Shown here: positions 61,501 to 64,000 of the stretch, piece by piece
How the letters are laid out: every line of letters starts with the position of its first letter
Numbering within the stretch: the stretch's first letter is position 1
DNA from: Isosphaeraceae bacterium
GTDB lineage: Bacteria > Planctomycetota > Planctomycetia > Isosphaerales > Isosphaeraceae
Reading direction: 5' to 3'
DNA length: 64,000 nt
Assembly (NCBI GenBank): GCA_965201075.1
Contig: CBDAVP010000022.1
Location: forward strand, 4,567-68,566
Notes under the pieces: model-generated
The model's database searches: none
The model's input: the letters and a program-made list of their open reading frames with translations, nothing else
Told to the model about the DNA's origin: nothing
Position numbers and translations under genes: made by a program

Positions 61501-64000
61501 GGCCGTGGCCAAGTGCCTGGCGAACCTCTCGGGGGTCTCGGCGTGGGTCAAGAATGCCCTGAAGCTGGCCGATGACCTGCGCAAGCTCACCAACAACGCG
61601 GTCTCCCTCTACAACCAGATTCAGGCGAACCCCAACGACTTCAAGACGTTCCTGGCCGCCTTCGCCACGTTCAATTCACTCAAGAATGGGGTGGTCGACG
61701 CGGTCAACATCGCGACGAGTTTCAGTCCGGCCACCAAGATCGCCAACGCGGCCAAGTGCGCCAACGATGTTTTGAGCGCCCTGTCGAGCATCTGCAACCG
61801 TCTGACGGCCCAGAACAGCCCCTGCAACACCGTCACGGTGCGAGTCCTCTGCATCGGGCTGTCCGCCGCCCAGGGGGTCCTGGACAAGATCAACAAACTG
61901 TCGGAACTGGTCGAGAACGGCCTGGGACGTCTGGGCCTGGCGCTGGTCTGCACGACGTCCAACCAGATTCAGAAGCTCCTGTCGGCAAGCGGGGGGGGCA
62001 CCCCGTCGCACGATTCGGCCGGCCCTCAACTGTTCACCGCGTTCGCGCTGAACGACTCGCCCGCGGCGGACCCAAGCGACGGCGGAGACGATCCCGTCCC
62101 GCCGGACTATGACCCGGTGCAGATCGCCGCGTTGCTTCAGGAGATGATCGGTCAGATCAACGAGCAGGTCGACAACGCCGACCCGATCCAGCAGTTCGCC
62201 GAGACCTTCAACGACGCCCAAACGTCGGTCATGCAGATCCAGGGCAACACGACGCAGCTCAAGTTCGAGACCCTGGGCGCCTCCGACGGCTATTACTCCT
62301 TCCAGTACAACGACGCCAGCGGCAACCCGATCACCCTCCGCGGCCGCGCCGACGACAATGGCCAGGTCGACGTCGTGCTGCCCCCGAGCACCGACTTCAC
62401 GTTTGAGATTTACGACTTCCGCACTCAGATGTACGCCACGTACACCGGAACCACGGGTCCGTCGGGCGAGGCGTACCAGATCCCCAACGTCACCTTCTCG
62501 TCGACGAAGGCGGTTTACGACTTCCTGGGCAACCTGATTTCTCCCGCGCTGGTGGATTCGACCGGCGATGGCCTGCCCGACCTGATCAAGGACATCGTGG
62601 GAGTTGACCCGACCTCGACCGACCCCTTGGACAAGGTCCAGGTCGACGAGGGGCTCGACCCCACGAGTGCCCCGCCGCCGATCGGCATCATCGGCACGAT
62701 CCAGCCGCAGACGGTCGGCAGCGACGTCCAGGACGTGGTTGCCAGCGACACCACCGCGTACCTGGCGGCCGGCTCGGGCGGCATTCAGGTTGTTGACATC
62801 TCCAAGATCAACCAGCCGGCGGTCATCGCCAGCGTGCCGGCCTCGCAACTGGGTGGCAACGCCCTGGCCGTCTCGTTCACCTCGATTCCCGATACCGACC
62901 CCGACGCCTTGCCCGGCACGTTCAAGGACCTGGTCGCCGCGGCGATGGGTGGTAATGGTCTGGCGGTTGTCGATGTGACCGACCCGCCCGCCGCCCACCT
63001 CGTCACGACGGTCCCCATCCCTGGCGGGGCCTTGAGCGTTCAGATCGTCGACAACCTCGCCTACGTGGGTGGCCACGGTGGGCTGCTCAGCATCGTCGAC
63101 ATGGTGACCGACCAGGTGGTCACGACCTTCAAGGCGGCCGGCGGTGGTGATGTGACGGCCGTCAAGTTCAGCGGCAGCACGCTGTATACTCTCAGCAACG
63201 GCACACTCGCCGCTTACGACATCTCGGCCAACCTCGCCCTGCCGACTCTCCTTTCCTCGATCTCCTACCCGGGCGCCACACACCTGTTCGTCGGCACCAA
63301 CCGCGCTTATCTCTCCGGCAACCTGCTGCTGGCGGCGGTCGACATCACCGACCCGACCAACCTTCAGAATAGCTCGGGCACATTCCAACGGCTCAACTAC
63401 GGCAGCCTTGCCGTCAACGGCTCGGGCGCGTTGGTTGTGGGCACCGCGGCCACCTTCAACGGAATCTACCTCGCCTCGCTTTTCGATGTCAGCAACCCCG
63501 ATGACGTCAACGACTTCGTCACCCAGTTCAATACCGAAGGATCGGTCGAGGGCGTCTGGATCCAGAACGGCCTGGCGTTGATCGCCGACGGCACCGGCGG
63601 GTTCGCGATCTTTAACTACCAGAATCTGGTCAACAAGCACACGCCGCCGACAGTCGTCGTCACCACGACTTCGCCCGATGGCGCGACCATCGCCGAGGGC
63701 TCTCGGTTGCGGATCGACGTTGACACGACCACCGTCAGCGGCGACCAGACTCGCACCGTCACCCTCACCGCGAACGGCGTAACCTACCAGCCCGATGGCT
63801 CGTATCCCTTTAGCTTCTTCGTCGACGTCCCGGCGCTGTCCAGCGGGGAAGATACCGAAGCGCTGGTCATCACCGCCAGCGACACCTCGGGCAACACAAC
63901 GACCCAGACGATCAACCTGACGATCGTCCAGGACACGACCCCGCCCAAGCTGTTATCGGTTCTGCCGACCAAGGGCGGGTTCGAGTTCAACGCCCTCCAG
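58586..64000 (+). CDS. Giant secreted multidomain surface protein (Ig-like/SbsA-like domains, dockerin-like DxDGDG loops, CarboxypepD_reg-like domain, LVIVD beta-propeller repeats); 3' end outside the window
   Basis: I translated this by hand. ATG 58586 opens a frame that runs 1805 codons to the window end without a stop. The N-terminus is MRMPHSSRKSRRTRG...IEALELRTMMAG. Downstream elements include DLNGDGTVDTD, repeated Ig-like units (PTLTIQSP, DTLVPQLTLSSP), GYVVDP...VKVYIVG...NGYYHLPSVPIGNVKV, and LVIVD-type strands (GIQVVDIS, GLAVVDVTDP, LLSIVDMV, LLAAVDITDP). It is not in the ORF track because it has no stop. Confidence 0.85.
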   Translation, partial: MRMPHSSRKSRRTRGIQGGLLAPRKRPAIGRPGIEALELRTMMAGSPANVFALYDGFLGQANATDRVDLTISPSQGQFTLPNHQMVLGFETVAGPDGQLNPAAVQVYNANNVQVATLATRTDIGGLGESLTLVNLAANTPYHLVVSGRNGTSGAYQIRTFLAGDLNGDGTVDTDNDLRPIANLLRSGPYQAEADANLDGAISAFDYTQARTNLGDKTTLTPLTLTELVSGGTTVTGLGLVTGQATTTVSGVTAPNTPLLLDAGDGLFGAGSTVSDSQGRYAFQNIALAEGSNTLEVRARTTGDFTQQRLATATIRRDSQAPTLTIQSPTTATITKANLTIQGTVGDTIVGLASGSGALSAQVDGGVATPVAFDPVTGQFQFTTALPLDGTAEGSHTVTFTATNGVGTTSTANVTFTLDTLVPQLTLSSPTASAHLVSGDLLVGQVDGTGSPVTVTYQFDAGAAIPLTVSNGTFSQAFDLSGLTDGGHILNVTATDQAGNSSTQTISITTGAVSTFTVTKFTPTANAAEIGVTVKPEIFFSQPVDPDTVNSDDFYATFAGVKLDTKIVVSNDGTYAWLFFQPSMPDASQIRITVDGSKIRASGGTTPLDAMADGMAGSVLTYDFQTVSSVPVANTSLSGYVVDPGPDLQPMTADDYDPATGKYLLPIEGVKVYIVGLEDQAVYTDANGYYHLPSVPIGNVKVAVDGLTATNPPPGYYFPVMVMDATMKPGIDNDLMQSMTSGDMSNMMAMLESLGHAAGEAGMSMDDMVGMGPMPMYQPRVQTAILHTVTQAGMKIVADDHGAPGLTPEQQAMLTVNVAPNSLIGPDGSPIASAQIGISVVPPETVMDMLPPGVLQHTFDITVQAMGATNFSTPAAMTFPNVYNDPSQPDYAAPNSKLYFLSFDHNTGRLVIEGTATVSADGKTVSTDPGVGVTHPGWHGLVPPGDMTKGPGPQPPPCVSTQQAIDDVVDLGTAVAKCLANLSGVSAWVKNALKLADDLRKLTNNAVSLYNQIQANPNDFKTFLAAFATFNSLKNGVVDAVNIATSFSPATKIANAAKCANDVLSALSSICNRLTAQNSPCNTVTVRVLCIGLSAAQGVLDKINKLSELVENGLGRLGLALVCTTSNQIQKLLSASGGGTPSHDSAGPQLFTAFALNDSPAADPSDGGDDPVPPDYDPVQIAALLQEMIGQINEQVDNADPIQQFAETFNDAQTSVMQIQGNTTQLKFETLGASDGYYSFQYNDASGNPITLRGRADDNGQVDVVLPPSTDFTFEIYDFRTQMYATYTGTTGPSGEAYQIPNVTFSSTKAVYDFLGNLISPALVDSTGDGLPDLIKDIVGVDPTSTDPLDKVQVDEGLDPTSAPPPIGIIGTIQPQTVGSDVQDVVASDTTAYLAAGSGGIQVVDISKINQPAVIASVPASQLGGNALAVSFTSIPDTDPDALPGTFKDLVAAAMGGNGLAVVDVTDPPAAHLVTTVPIPGGALSVQIVDNLAYVGGHGGLLSIVDMVTDQVVTTFKAAGGGDVTAVKFSGSTLYTLSNGTLAAYDISANLALPTLLSSISYPGATHLFVGTNRAYLSGNLLLAAVDITDPTNLQNSSGTFQRLNYGSLAVNGSGALVVGTAATFNGIYLASLFDVSNPDDVNDFVTQFNTEGSVEGVWIQNGLALIADGTGGFAIFNYQNLVNKHTPPTVVVTTTSPDGATIAEGSRLRIDVDTTTVSGDQTRTVTLTANGVTYQPDGSYPFSFFVDVPALSSGEDTEALVITASDTSGNTTTQTINLTIVQDTTPPKLLSVLPTKGGFEFNALQ

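Noticed and set aside
58211-63640. Minus-strand ORFs 58211..60208 (665 aa), 60491..61399 (302 aa) and 61676..63640 (654 aa)
   Set aside because: They are shadows of the giant + strand gene. Their translations are dominated by R, G, D and V runs, whereas the + frame gives domain-like sequence without a single stop.

Overview
This is a high-GC bacterial chromosomal segment. The gene content suggests Planctomycetota: a PEP-CTERM protein, FG-GAP/VCBS repeats, a PSCyt-like CxxCH protein, a DUF6807/PmoA-like protein, a long YidC, and a giant secreted protein with an N-terminal LExLExR motif. That assignment is an inference.

Most of the window is housekeeping: accB-accC, pepP-like, HU, ispG, mnmE, zwf-opcA, tsaB, yidC, NDH-2 and an aldehyde dehydrogenase. 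I found no rRNA, tRNA, CRISPR array, transposase or integrase.

Five things deserve a second look:
1. A seven-gene translationally coupled operon at 24.5-31.6 kb is built around a form-IV RuBisCO-like protein (RLP). The other six genes are a Gfo/Idh/MocA oxidoreductase, a xylose-isomerase-like TIM barrel, an alpha/beta hydrolase, an Rpe-family epimerase, a PfkB kinase and a divergent UxaC-like isomerase. This context matches no characterised RLP pathway that I know of.
2. A non-coding, structured repeat family occurs in three intergenic regions (about 34.0-34.3, 39.36-39.46 and 51.41-51.63 kb).
3. A secreted multidomain gene of more than 1800 codons on the + strand (58586 to the window end) is absent from the supplied ORF track because it has no stop in the window. 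It is preceded by an unusually AT-rich 1 kb non-coding region.
4. A cluster at 9.0-16.0 kb has three alkaline-phosphatase-superfamily enzymes with a Thr nucleophile, plus a sulfotransferase.
5. Three orphan genes with atypical codon usage lie at 41.1-42.8 kb.

Gene starts were chosen by eye from start codons, Shine-Dalgarno-like motifs and stop/start overlaps, and are approximate where noted. Many long ORFs in the track are antisense shadows typical of high-GC DNA and were rejected.
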